A DNA stretch of 64,000 bases. Origin: Escherichia coli O157:H7. Lineage in GTDB: Bacteria; Pseudomonadota; Gammaproteobacteria; Enterobacterales; Enterobacteriaceae. Location: NCBI RefSeq assembly GCF_013167455.1, contig NZ_CP038328.1. One strand, 5' to 3'. Position numbers and translations under genes: made by a program. Below the pieces are notes generated by a model. It saw nothing but the letters and a program-made list of their open reading frames with translations. It was not told where the DNA came from and made no database searches. Of the stretch, positions 12,836 to 21,754 are shown piece after piece (position 1 is the first letter of the stretch; each line of letters opens with the position of its first letter).

Positions 12836-13409
12836 CGGTCAGTTGCGCTGGCGTCAGTTGATGTTGGGTAAGAGCAATATCGGTGCGATCGCCCTGTTTA
12901 TCATTAAGTTGAATGCTCTCCAGATAGGTTTTCCCGGCGAGATCGATGGTGTTGAAAATTTTATCCAGCGGCGTGGTGGTCGGCGTCAGGCGCAGCGTCC
13001 AGCGGCCTTCGCCTTTGTCAGCAAATTCGACGCGGAAGTTTTGTTCCAGCACTTTGCGATCGGCCTGGAACAACGCGCGCAGCAGGTGGTTAAACTGGAA
13101 CATCTGCGGGTTGTTTTCTGCCGTGATGATTTGCGGCGGCTGACCGTTGATCACCTGCACCATGCGTTTATCGTCCAGTAATAGTTGCATGGGGAACGGT
13201 GAGGTTTGATCCCACAACAGCCCCTGGTCGCGGGCGATCAACATCTGGCCCTGAGATCGCAGCGGCTGCGGCAGATCTTTAATCGTCCGGGTTTGATCGA
13301 AATGGGCGCGGATCACCGGTTGTTCGGTAAAGCGTTGCTGAAGATCGTCCAGGGTCAGGGCGCTCACAAACGGGCTAATCAGCAGCGCCAGCAGCGGTAA
13401 AAATTTCAT
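12804..13409 (-). CDS. apeL: LolA-like outer-membrane lipoprotein carrier protein
   Basis: 201 aa with signal peptide; size and position match the LolA-like component of APE clusters. Confidence 0.65.
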   Translation of the reverse strand: MKFLPLLALLISPFVSALTLDDLQQRFTEQPVIRAHFDQTRTIKDLPQPLRSQGQMLIARDQGLLWDQTSPFPMQLLLDDKRMVQVINGQPPQIITAENNPQMFQFNHLLRALFQADRKVLEQNFRVEFADKGEGRWTLRLTPTTTPLDKIFNTIDLAGKTYLESIQLNDKQGDRTDIALTQHQLTPAQLTDDERQRFAAQ

Positions 13410-13828
13410 GGTTTGACTCCCATGCGTTCAAACAGAATATCGGGGCTGACAAAGCACAGTTCGCGACTTTGCTCGTCGACCGCGACCTGAATGGTGTATC
13501 CGGTGGTGGCGCGTTTGCCCGTTTCGGCATCGAAAATCTGATAGCCAATCCGCAGACGGTTTTCGAACTCTTCGATATGCGCACGCACGCGGATGCGTTG
13601 CTCAAAGGTGAGGGCGTGGCGATATTTCACCCGCGCATCGACCACTGGCCACAAATAACCGGACTCTTTCATTTGCCGATAGCCGTAATTGAACTGGTTG
13701 AGCAGCGCCTCGCGAGCCACTTCAAAGTAGCGAAAATAGTTACCGTGCCAGGCCACGCCCATCATATCGACGTCGTGAAAGGGAATGGTCAGCTCGACTT
13801 CTGCGGTAAATCGGGGATCGTTCAGCAC
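13406..13828 (-). CDS. apeK: Hotdog-fold acyl-CoA/acyl-ACP thioesterase (4HBT-like)
   Basis: 140-aa small thioesterase-sized ORF, translationally coupled (ATGA overlap) to the next gene. Confidence 0.65.
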   Translation of the reverse strand: MLNDPRFTAEVELTIPFHDVDMMGVAWHGNYFRYFEVAREALLNQFNYGYRQMKESGYLWPVVDARVKYRHALTFEQRIRVRAHIEEFENRLRIGYQIFDAETGKRATTGYTIQVAVDEQSRELCFVSPDILFERMGVKP

Positions 13829-13831
13829 CCT

Positions 13832-15508
13832 TTACTCCTTGTCCTGAATTTCCGGCAGTTGCCAGAAATCGAAAAAATTAAACCAGTCGAGAGGCGACTG
13901 GAGCGCGTAATGTTCCAGACGCGCGGCGTAATGATCGATAGCGTTTTGCAGCGCCTGTTGGCGTTCGCCGCGCGGCAGCTGCAGTGGGTCGGCAAAGCTT
14001 TCGCAGTGAATATGCAGCTTGCCGTGCTGGCGCAGGGCGAAAATCAGATTCACCGGGCAGCGCAAAATAGAGGCGAGAATAAACGGCCCCTGTGGGAAAG
14101 GCGCAGGCTGGCCCATAAACGAACTCCAGCAGACGCGCCAGTCGCCGCCGCGTTGCGGGTTGACGGCGATGCGGTCACCGACAATCGCCACCCATTCGCC
14201 GTTATCCAGCTTCTCTTTCAGCAGGATGGCGGTTTCTGGGCCGATATCTGTTACCGGCATCAGGTTAATGCCTGCCTGAGGAGCCATCTCCTGCATTATC
14301 TGTTTAAAGCGTTGGGCGTTTTCGCTAAACACCAGCGCGTTAATGGTTTTGTAGCCCTGAATTTTTGCCAGCGCCCGGCACACTTCCACATCGCCAAGAT
14401 GCGAGGCCAGCAGCAATTTGCCGCGCGGATCGCGGACGTCAAGCGCTGCTTCTGCGCCTGGCGCAAACAGCACATCACGCCCTGGTTGTAGCTCGCCGCG
14501 CCAGCTGGCGATTTTGTCGAGCATGGCATTACCGAAACGTAGAAAGTGCTGATAGCTGTTGAGTTTTGCCGCCTGTGGTTGATGCTGTCGTACACGGGCG
14601 AGCCAGTCTTGCGACGCTTTGCGCGCACGAGAAGCAGTGAGCCAGTAGACGCCCACCACCGGGTAAAGCAGCGCGCTAAACGCCGTTCTTCCCAGCAGAC
14701 GCCAGACCAGCAGCATCAGGCGCATTCCCCATAATCCTTTCACTTCACTCTGCCGCGCCCAGTGGCAGGAAGAGCGGCGCATCAGCAGTGAAGGAATACG
14801 CGGCAACATGCCGAAAAACAGACGCGTGTGCATGAGCGAGATGCGGACGTTATCTTTCAGGGCATCAAAATGCGAAAGCCCGTCCAGTGGATAGGTGACG
14901 CGGGTCGGCACGAAATAGCTGGTATTTCCCTGCCAGTAGAGGCGCACCATCACTTCGGTGTCGAAATCCATCCGCTTGCCGATGGTGGCGTGTTTTGCCA
15001 GTTGCAGCGTTGGCGCAACCGGATAAACGCGAAAACCGCACATGCTGTCTTTCAGTTGCAGGGAGAGCGTTTCGATCCATACCCAGACGTGGGTGACCCA
15101 GCGCCCGTAAAGCCGTGAGCGGGGGATGGAGTCATCGTAAATTGGCTGGCCGGAGATCAGTGCCGCAGGTTGTTGTTCAGCGAGAGCCAGCAGTTTAGGG
15201 ATATCTTCAATCGCGTGCTGACCGTCAGCATCCACCTGCACCGCATGGCTGAACCCTGCGTCTGCCGCTGCCTGTAAGCCACGCATCACCGCCGCGCCTT
15301 TGCCTGCGTTTTCTGCCAGGCGAATTAAGGTCACGCCAGGCTGTTCGGCAAGCAGACTGTCCAGTTGCTGTTGTGTGGTGGCATCGCTGCCGTCATCCAC
15401 CACAATACAGGGCAGATTAAATGGCTTAAGACGCGCCAGCACGCCCGGCATCATCGCGCCGTGGTTGTAGCAGGGTATCAACACGCAGGGAGAAAAGTTT
15501 ACCGACAT
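13832..15508 (-). CDS. apeJ: Bifunctional family-2 glycosyltransferase / acyltransferase
   Basis: 558 aa; N-terminal GT2 motif VVDDGSD, followed by a membrane segment and a C-terminal acyltransferase-like domain. Confidence 0.7.
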   Translation of the reverse strand: MSVNFSPCVLIPCYNHGAMMPGVLARLKPFNLPCIVVDDGSDATTQQQLDSLLAEQPGVTLIRLAENAGKGAAVMRGLQAAADAGFSHAVQVDADGQHAIEDIPKLLALAEQQPAALISGQPIYDDSIPRSRLYGRWVTHVWVWIETLSLQLKDSMCGFRVYPVAPTLQLAKHATIGKRMDFDTEVMVRLYWQGNTSYFVPTRVTYPLDGLSHFDALKDNVRISLMHTRLFFGMLPRIPSLLMRRSSCHWARQSEVKGLWGMRLMLLVWRLLGRTAFSALLYPVVGVYWLTASRARKASQDWLARVRQHQPQAAKLNSYQHFLRFGNAMLDKIASWRGELQPGRDVLFAPGAEAALDVRDPRGKLLLASHLGDVEVCRALAKIQGYKTINALVFSENAQRFKQIMQEMAPQAGINLMPVTDIGPETAILLKEKLDNGEWVAIVGDRIAVNPQRGGDWRVCWSSFMGQPAPFPQGPFILASILRCPVNLIFALRQHGKLHIHCESFADPLQLPRGERQQALQNAIDHYAARLEHYALQSPLDWFNFFDFWQLPEIQDKE

Positions 15509-15852
15509 AGGCGGATCTTCCCGCTACTGGCGGTGTGGCGGGCGTCACCGTCGTGACGCTGATAGCTAAAGCTCAGAATCTGGCGTTCTTCCTGCCAGTT
15601 AAGCGCGAGCGTGACGCGGTTTTCCGGCAGCAACGGAGACTGGAATTTTATGTTCTGAATGGAGTGAAAACGCCAGCCAGGCGCGAGCAGATTGAGCGCG
15701 TAGCTCATCGCCCAGTCGATTTGCGCAACTCCTGGGAGTAATGGTTGCACGGCAAAATGACCGCGAAACCAGAACAGATCCGCCCTGAGATGCAGAACAA
15801 TTTCAAGGTGATTCGTTTGTGCCTGATGGCGCTCGATTTCATGGGGCTTCAT
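15499..15852 (-). CDS. apeI: Hotdog-fold dehydratase (second DH subunit)
   Basis: Start set at the ATG at 15852, which has an AGGAG ribosome-binding site 9 nt upstream, giving 117 aa. The ORF track extends it to 15882. Confidence 0.65.
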   Translation of the reverse strand: MKPHEIERHQAQTNHLEIVLHLRADLFWFRGHFAVQPLLPGVAQIDWAMSYALNLLAPGWRFHSIQNIKFQSPLLPENRVTLALNWQEERQILSFSYQRHDGDARHTASSGKIRLCR

Positions 15853-17200
15853 GAAATAACTCCTGTAATTGCGCATAGACACGCTTGTTCATACTGTTTA
15901 CTGGCATTTCATCAATAACGCGCCAGTAACGCGGAATAGCAACTGGCTCCAGCGTCGGGCGCAGTAAACGCCGCCAGGTCATTTCCTGGCTATGCCCGCC
16001 GCCGTTCTGCCATTGCAGATGAGCTTCGTCATCCAGCACCAGCAAAACGCCTATGCTCTGACGCCCGCCGCGCGTAACGGGAACTGCCGCCGCCTCGCGA
16101 ATGCCGTCCAGCGCCAGTAGACGTTGTTCTACTTCCTGGAGTGAAATACGTTTTTCTTCAATCTTAACGATGCGCCCACGACGCCCCATCAGATGGAACT
16201 GACCATCTTCGCTAAACTGTAAGATATCGTCGAGTAACATGCCGTTATCTTCCGCTATCAGCGGTGAAAAGAGGCGAAAGGCATCGCCTTCGGCCTGGAA
16301 CTGCATACCTGGGAGGGGTAGCCAGCGGCGTTGCTCTTGTTCGCGGTAGCGCCAGGCGATGACGCCAGTTTCCGTGCTGCCGTAGATTTCATCAGGCCAG
16401 ACGCGCAGCCAGCTCGCGGTATGTTGTACATCCTGCCACGGCAGCTCACCGCCAGCAGAGAGAAGCACCTGAACGGGTGGCGGAGAAAGCTGGGTATCCA
16501 GGCGCTTCAAAAATGCCGGGCTGCTGATGAAGATATAGCGATGCTGATGACTCAACGCGGCAAACTGTTCGACATACCAGAGCATGGCGGCGTGCAGCGG
16601 TAATCCCAACGCCATGGGCAGGAAAACGCGAAAAGTCAGGCCGTACAAATGCTGCGGCAATACGGAACCGACGACACGACAACCCGCCAGACGTGCGCCT
16701 AATCGTTCAGCCAGCAGTTCTGCTTCACGATCCAGCAAATGAACAGGTTTAATCGCCCGTTTCGGCTGTCCCGTGGAACCGGAGGTAAACAGCTCGATAA
16801 AAGCCTCTGGCGCTATAGCGGCAAAGGTGAAGGATTGTGTCGCGATTTGTGGAGAACTTGCTACCAACAGCAATGAACCTTGCCAGTTAAGTTCGCTGTC
16901 GCTAAGCACACCATCAAAAAGTTCACGTTGCTCGTTAAGCTGGATAACACGGTTATGCCCCGGAAGCACCGGCGTTTTTCCGGCGTGTAGCGTGGCGAGC
17001 AGGGCAACGATAAACAGATAGCTGTTCTCAAAGCACAGCGCCCAGCGTTCACCCGGCTGTTGCTGCAAGCGGCAGATAAGTTGCGCGACATCGTGACGCA
17101 AATCGCCCAGCGTCCAGGTACTTTCGTTCAGCCACGCAATGGGTGTGTCATCAGGGCGTGGCGCAGTCAGCCAGCGTGCAAGCGGTAAGGTCTGCTTCAT
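15839..17200 (-). CDS. apeH: AMP-dependent synthetase/ligase (adenylating starter-unit ligase, acyl-ACP synthetase-like)
   Basis: AMP-binding motif TSGSTGQPK; start placed at the ATG at 17200, which forms an ATGA overlap with the upstream gene's stop, giving 453 aa. Confidence 0.8.
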   Translation of the reverse strand: MKQTLPLARWLTAPRPDDTPIAWLNESTWTLGDLRHDVAQLICRLQQQPGERWALCFENSYLFIVALLATLHAGKTPVLPGHNRVIQLNEQRELFDGVLSDSELNWQGSLLLVASSPQIATQSFTFAAIAPEAFIELFTSGSTGQPKRAIKPVHLLDREAELLAERLGARLAGCRVVGSVLPQHLYGLTFRVFLPMALGLPLHAAMLWYVEQFAALSHQHRYIFISSPAFLKRLDTQLSPPPVQVLLSAGGELPWQDVQHTASWLRVWPDEIYGSTETGVIAWRYREQEQRRWLPLPGMQFQAEGDAFRLFSPLIAEDNGMLLDDILQFSEDGQFHLMGRRGRIVKIEEKRISLQEVEQRLLALDGIREAAAVPVTRGGRQSIGVLLVLDDEAHLQWQNGGGHSQEMTWRRLLRPTLEPVAIPRYWRVIDEMPVNSMNKRVYAQLQELFHEAP

Positions 17201-17778
17201 GCGCGATCTCTTTTCATCACCTGACGGCGCAGCAGCCATTCACCAGCCATTAACGTCCCCATCAACAAATAAGCAATCATGCCGTTCCAGGCGGTCCATA
17301 ACGACATATCGGCATAAAGCGCGGTAAAGAGGGCAATTCCACCGTTAATGATGAAAAAGCCGCACCAGATTTGCGTGACGTGGCGGGTATAGCGCACGCC
17401 CTTTTCCGGGAGGTCTGGCTCCTGCAACCGCGCCAGCCGCTCAACTATCGGCATTGCCGACCACAGCGAACCGCCAAAAACCGCCAGCATGACCGCGTTA
17501 ACCACTACCGGGTAAAACAGCAGTAGCTGGTGCGTTTTCAACATAAAGCTGGCGACACATAATGCGATGCCCACGACAGCGACGAGTTGCGTGACGGCTT
17601 GTAAAGGCCCCGCCTGGCGACGGGTCTGGCGCAGACGCAACAAAAGCAGCAACGCCATTAGCGGTAACAGCCAGTGCAGGCCGTTATGCGCTAAGCCAAA
17701 CCAAATCACAAACGGCCAGGCGAGCAGCAATAATCCAGTCAGCAGCTTAATCATCGGTAGCGAGCGAATGCCCGACAT
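17197..17778 (-). CDS. apeG: Integral membrane protein of the APE cluster
   Basis: 193 aa with about 5 predicted transmembrane helices. Confidence 0.6.
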   Translation of the reverse strand: MSGIRSLPMIKLLTGLLLLAWPFVIWFGLAHNGLHWLLPLMALLLLLRLRQTRRQAGPLQAVTQLVAVVGIALCVASFMLKTHQLLLFYPVVVNAVMLAVFGGSLWSAMPIVERLARLQEPDLPEKGVRYTRHVTQIWCGFFIINGGIALFTALYADMSLWTAWNGMIAYLLMGTLMAGEWLLRRQVMKRDRA

Positions 17779-17782
17779 CAGA

Positions 17783-18034
17783 TCAGGCTTCTTGTAGCAG
17801 GCGTTCTACAGCCTCGACGACATCCTGGACTGTACGCACTGCTTTAAACTCTTCCGGCTTGATTTTCTTACCGGTTTTCTTTTGCAGGTGCACAATCATG
17901 TCAACGGCGTCGATGCTGTCCAGTTCCAGATCTTCGTACAGGCGCGTTTCAGGTTTGATGTCCTGCGGATCGATTTCAAACAGCTTAACCAGCAGGGCTG
18001 AGACTTCCTGATAGACGGTTTGTTGTTCTGTCAT
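17783..18034 (-). CDS. apeF: Acyl carrier protein
   Basis: 83 aa; phosphopantetheine attachment motif LELDSIDAVDM; GAGGAA ribosome-binding site upstream. Confidence 0.85.
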   Translation of the reverse strand: MTEQQTVYQEVSALLVKLFEIDPQDIKPETRLYEDLELDSIDAVDMIVHLQKKTGKKIKPEEFKAVRTVQDVVEAVERLLQEA

Positions 18035-18045
18035 GATGGCTTTCC

Positions 18046-18303
18046 TCAGGCACGTTGCGCAGCAATGAAAGAGGCCAGAGTGGCGACGGAGAAAAAGTGC
18101 TGACGCATCTCTTCGCTTTCCGCAGAGAGCACGATGCCGTACTCATTTTTTACTGCCAGTCCCAGTTCCAGGGCATCGATAGAGTCCAGCCCTAAACCGT
18201 CGCCAAACAGCGGCGCGTCGGTATCGATATCATCAGGCGTCAACTCGTCCAGATTGAGGGTGCTGATGATGAGGTTTTTAATTTCCAGATAAAGCGCTTG
18301 CAT
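18046..18303 (-). CDS. apeE: Acyl carrier protein
   Basis: 85 aa; motif LGLDSIDALEL; AGGA ribosome-binding site upstream. Confidence 0.85.
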   Translation of the reverse strand: MQALYLEIKNLIISTLNLDELTPDDIDTDAPLFGDGLGLDSIDALELGLAVKNEYGIVLSAESEEMRQHFFSVATLASFIAAQRA

Positions 18304-19099
18304 TATTTATTCCTGAGAGAGGTAAACAACCTTGTTGTAATTGAAGCAAAAGATGCCGGTTTAACTGCCTTGCTGCCAGCGCCGGTTCTTGTGAAGTTGC
18401 ATCGTAAAATTTATTGATTTCAACCCGACCATGGACTGCAACCGTAAAAAACGGCCGGTCAGGTGGAACGTCATACCATTTACTTTGTTTATCCAGCAGA
18501 TGCTCGCTACAGCCGATTGTCACGATGCGTAAATCGCTGGCGCAGCGCACGGCAATATTCGCCGCCCCGCGCTGCAGCGTCATTTTTTCACCGGGCTTCG
18601 TTCGTGTGCCTTCGGGGAAAATCAGGATAGTGTCACCCTGTGCCAGTCGCTGTTGGCAGCGGGGTAACAGAGTTTCAGCTTCGCTGTTGATTAAATAATC
18701 TGTCGCCCGCACGACGCCGCCAAGAAAAGGATTTTTTAACAGCGCGCTTTTCACCAGGCAGTCAGTTTCTGGCATGACTGACGCCAGCAGCACGTAATCG
18801 ATCAGCGTGGGATGATTGGCTACGACGAGGCAACCGCGTTCCTGATGTAAGATTTCAGCGCCATCAATACGATAATCCAGTACGCCAAGCCCTTTCGCGA
18901 CAGTTAAAAACAGGCGAAAACTGGCGGCAATGCTGCGACGCGCCAAACGACGGCGGCGGGAAGTATCCCACACCAAAACTAACAATATGTTAAACCACAC
19001 GACAGAAAGCAGCAGGCCGCCGAGACCAAACAGGGCAAAACATAACCCGGTCATGACCAGTCGCCAGGTCCACTCCAGACGTGACATCAGCTTACTCAT
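18278..19099 (-). CDS. apeD: Lysophospholipid (PlsC-type) acyltransferase
   Basis: N-terminal membrane anchor and acyltransferase-sized body; start placed at the ATG at 19099 (ATGA coupling with the upstream stop), giving 273 aa. Confidence 0.7.
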   Translation of the reverse strand: MSKLMSRLEWTWRLVMTGLCFALFGLGGLLLSVVWFNILLVLVWDTSRRRRLARRSIAASFRLFLTVAKGLGVLDYRIDGAEILHQERGCLVVANHPTLIDYVLLASVMPETDCLVKSALLKNPFLGGVVRATDYLINSEAETLLPRCQQRLAQGDTILIFPEGTRTKPGEKMTLQRGAANIAVRCASDLRIVTIGCSEHLLDKQSKWYDVPPDRPFFTVAVHGRVEINKFYDATSQEPALAARQLNRHLLLQLQQGCLPLSGINNASALSGN

Positions 19100-19818
19100 C
19101 TGTGGCTCCAGCGCCATTGCACGCGCTCGCCAGGCAGTGAAAATGTGTCTACATTTTGTAAATAGTGCTGTAAAAACAACATGCTTTGCGGCAGTGTTGT
19201 TTCATTGCCCGCAATGGCTGACTGCGTTTCACATTGCCAGTCATCGCCAGCTTCAATCACCAGCGCGACGGCGTACGGCCAGGTCGGCATTTCTGATGGC
19301 AGTTGTGGGTGATAAAACTCGGGCAGGAAACCGTCAAAATCGACCATCAGCACGCGCTGGTATCCCGCTTGTAGCAGGCTAAGCACTTCACACAAACCTT
19401 GCTGGAAACTATCGCGACCAGCCGAAAGCGATGACGAAACGCTCGGCTGTTTGGCCGCAATGGTCAGGTTACCCACGGAAGAGTTGTGTACGGAGAGCGC
19501 GAAGTCCGTCGGAGAAAGCGCCTGTTCGGTTGCCAGTGCATGAACAATGCGGTAATTGCGCTCCAGTTCGCCATGACGACTGGTATACAAAACGGCGTCT
19601 GGTTGATGGCGGCGTAGCATTGCCAGACCGCATTCAACAGCCAGTTTGCTCCCGGAGCTGAGGCGGCGGGCGGTCATCATTGGCAGTTCACTTAATTTTG
19701 CCAACGGTGCTGTCGGGTCAATTGCCTGAGGCTGACGTGACCACTCCTGCCATTGCAGCGTTTCACTAAGTCCAGGCGCTCTTGCCTGCCAGTCGAGAAT
19801 GTTTAATGCAAATTTCAT
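19096..19818 (-). CDS. apeC: KS-like protein lacking the active-site Cys (chain-length-factor-like KS partner)
   Basis: Ketosynthase-like by cluster context, but no Cys/His/His triad is visible. Start ambiguous: ATG at 19818 (240 aa) or TTG at 19842 (248 aa). Confidence 0.6.
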   Translation of the reverse strand: MKFALNILDWQARAPGLSETLQWQEWSRQPQAIDPTAPLAKLSELPMMTARRLSSGSKLAVECGLAMLRRHQPDAVLYTSRHGELERNYRIVHALATEQALSPTDFALSVHNSSVGNLTIAAKQPSVSSSLSAGRDSFQQGLCEVLSLLQAGYQRVLMVDFDGFLPEFYHPQLPSEMPTWPYAVALVIEAGDDWQCETQSAIAGNETTLPQSMLFLQHYLQNVDTFSLPGERVQWRWSHR

Positions 19819-19858
19819 CAACGCGCGCCCGCGGTAAACCAAAATTATTAAGTGACGA

Positions 19859-20926
19859 TTATTTCTTTTGGCATATCAAAAGTGTATGCCCAACGCCTAA
19901 ATTATCGTGGCGCTCTGCTACCTGGAATCCTGCTTTATTCAGATAGTCGTAAAATTTCTCTGCACTATAGAAACGGCTGTTACCGTTTGCCATGCAGGTA
20001 AAATAAAGTGAGGACGCGTTCAGGCTAAACGATGCTGCTTCAAACCGCTGCGCATCCCAGAACAACTCCATGATGCAAACTTTTGCGCCAGGCTTCATTA
20101 CGCTGGCAATTTTGCTGAGTATGCTAATTATTTGTTCGGGTGAAAAACAGTCTAAAAATTGGCTCATCCACCAGATATCAGCCTCGCCCGGTAATGGGGC
20201 ATCGCTTAGCATATCCACCGCATGGAAATCTATGCGATCAGAAAAACCTGCATTCGCGATATTTTCTTTCGCTAGTACGATTTGTTGTGGCAGATCTAAT
20301 AACGTAACGGCGATGTTTTCATTGTATTTGCAGCAACGCAAAGCCCACTTACCCGTATTGCCGCCTACATCGTACAATGTTGTGGGGTTGTTGGCGAATA
20401 CATAAGGCAGTGCGGCGTTAAATGCGCCATCTGAATAGTAATGATCAAACGCAAACCAGCTTTCACGAGCGGCGTCTGGTAATTGCGAAAGTGCCGGATA
20501 TATCGTCGACCAGTCGCCAAATACTTTTAACCCGGAAGGTTTTCCTTCATTGAGTGAATCGGCGAGGAAGAAGAGCCCCTGGTAACAGACATCCTGGGTG
20601 AAATCCATATTCACGCGAGTCATAGTGTCATGCAGGAGGTAATGACCGATTTTCGCCAGGTAATAAATTCCCTCTTTACAGGTAATAATTCGCCCGCTTA
20701 AGCCCATATCTAACAGAACGCTGGTAGCATATTCGTTGATATGGCTATGTTCGGTGATATCAGCCAGCGTTGCGCCATGTTTGCCTTGCCGATCCAGATA
20801 TGAAAGTACACCCGCATTACGTAGGCAGAGTGCTGTTTGAAAAAGCATAGGGGCAAAGGCAATGCGTTGAGCTTCGGTAATCGCATCCAGTGCGCTAAGA
20901 GAATCCTGTTCGTACATGTTGGGCAC
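19859..20926 (-). CDS. apeB: Class I SAM-dependent O-methyltransferase
   Basis: 355 aa; SAM-binding motif LYDVGGNTG; first gene of the 17-gene block. Confidence 0.8.
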   Translation of the reverse strand: MPNMYEQDSLSALDAITEAQRIAFAPMLFQTALCLRNAGVLSYLDRQGKHGATLADITEHSHINEYATSVLLDMGLSGRIITCKEGIYYLAKIGHYLLHDTMTRVNMDFTQDVCYQGLFFLADSLNEGKPSGLKVFGDWSTIYPALSQLPDAARESWFAFDHYYSDGAFNAALPYVFANNPTTLYDVGGNTGKWALRCCKYNENIAVTLLDLPQQIVLAKENIANAGFSDRIDFHAVDMLSDAPLPGEADIWWMSQFLDCFSPEQIISILSKIASVMKPGAKVCIMELFWDAQRFEAASFSLNASSLYFTCMANGNSRFYSAEKFYDYLNKAGFQVAERHDNLGVGHTLLICQKK

Positions 20927-20985
20927 AACCTGTTAAGAGGGAATTAAATTATTATCGGACCGCAACGGCCCGACTTTAGGAAGAA

Positions 20986-21375
20986 TTATAAATCTGCGCC
21001 CGCTGACAAATTCAGTTGAATATCTTTGTCGAGATTGCGGACCCAGCGATTGTAGTTTTTATGAATTTGTCCGCCTGACGCTTGTAGGTTCTGGCTATTT
21101 TCATAATTGATATCGTAGCTGGATGCCGTGTAGTTAATGCGTATTTCCGCTGAATGATCGCGTGACTGTTGACGTGCTTTAATTATGCCTTGTCCGGCTT
21201 CGGACATAATCCATTTGCGTTCAACGCCAGCTTTCAGAATCGCTTTTTTCACTTGTTCCTGGGTATGACCAGCGCTGACGGTTGAGTGAACCTGATCAAT
21301 TGGCGCAGTACGCGCGCAACCTGCTAAAGCACCCACAACAGCAATAGCCGCAAACCATTTCATGTAATGTCTCAT
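20986..21375 (-). CDS. Small secreted lipoprotein, function unknown (possibly the first gene of the APE operon)
   Basis: 129 aa; signal peptide with lipobox LAGC; GGGG ribosome-binding site; sits between the AT-rich region and the methyltransferase gene. Confidence 0.55.
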   Translation of the reverse strand: MRHYMKWFAAIAVVGALAGCARTAPIDQVHSTVSAGHTQEQVKKAILKAGVERKWIMSEAGQGIIKARQQSRDHSAEIRINYTASSYDINYENSQNLQASGGQIHKNYNRWVRNLDKDIQLNLSAGADL

Positions 21376-21704
21376 TAGAACCCCATTAAAGTATTGTTTT
21401 TACGAGTAAAGCAAGTTTTAACTGTAATTGCTGGCATCACTATTCTTTATTTAGAGAAAAAATTACTTGTGAGATAAGTCAGTAAGTGCACATCAGAGTA
21501 AAAATCTCTGAAATGACTAAATTACTGCCAGCAGGGACCAACTATAAGTGAGTGAGAAAAATGAGGCAATAAAAATAACACAATGTTATCAGTGCATTCT
21601 TTGAGAAGGATTTAATCGCTATTCGGCGTTTATATATATTTGACTTAAGGAATGGTTTTTTTAAATTAATTTTCTGAATAATGTTTCATCATTTCCTCAA
21701 ATCA

Positions 21705-21735
21705 AATGGCCACTGTTAGATAAACGGTGGCCATT
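21705..21735 (-). terminator. Hairpin downstream of yhhT (9-bp perfect stem AATGGCCAC/GTGGCCATT)
   Basis: Inverted repeat directly after the yhhT stop, followed on the minus strand by a T-rich stretch. Confidence 0.45.
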
Positions 21736-21754
21736 GCCTGCTCAGGAGGTGCTA

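Noticed and set aside
13469-14491. 340-aa plus-strand ORF
   Set aside because: Lies entirely antisense to the thioesterase and glycosyltransferase genes of the minus-strand cluster; GC-rich antisense frames stay open by chance, and there are no ribosome-binding site or family motifs.
6347-21754. Mobile-element signatures at the island borders (integrase, transposase, tRNA, flanking direct repeats)
   Set aside because: None identified by inspection; the island is described as an insertion relative to K-12 only on the basis of gene content, not a recognisable mobility mechanism.
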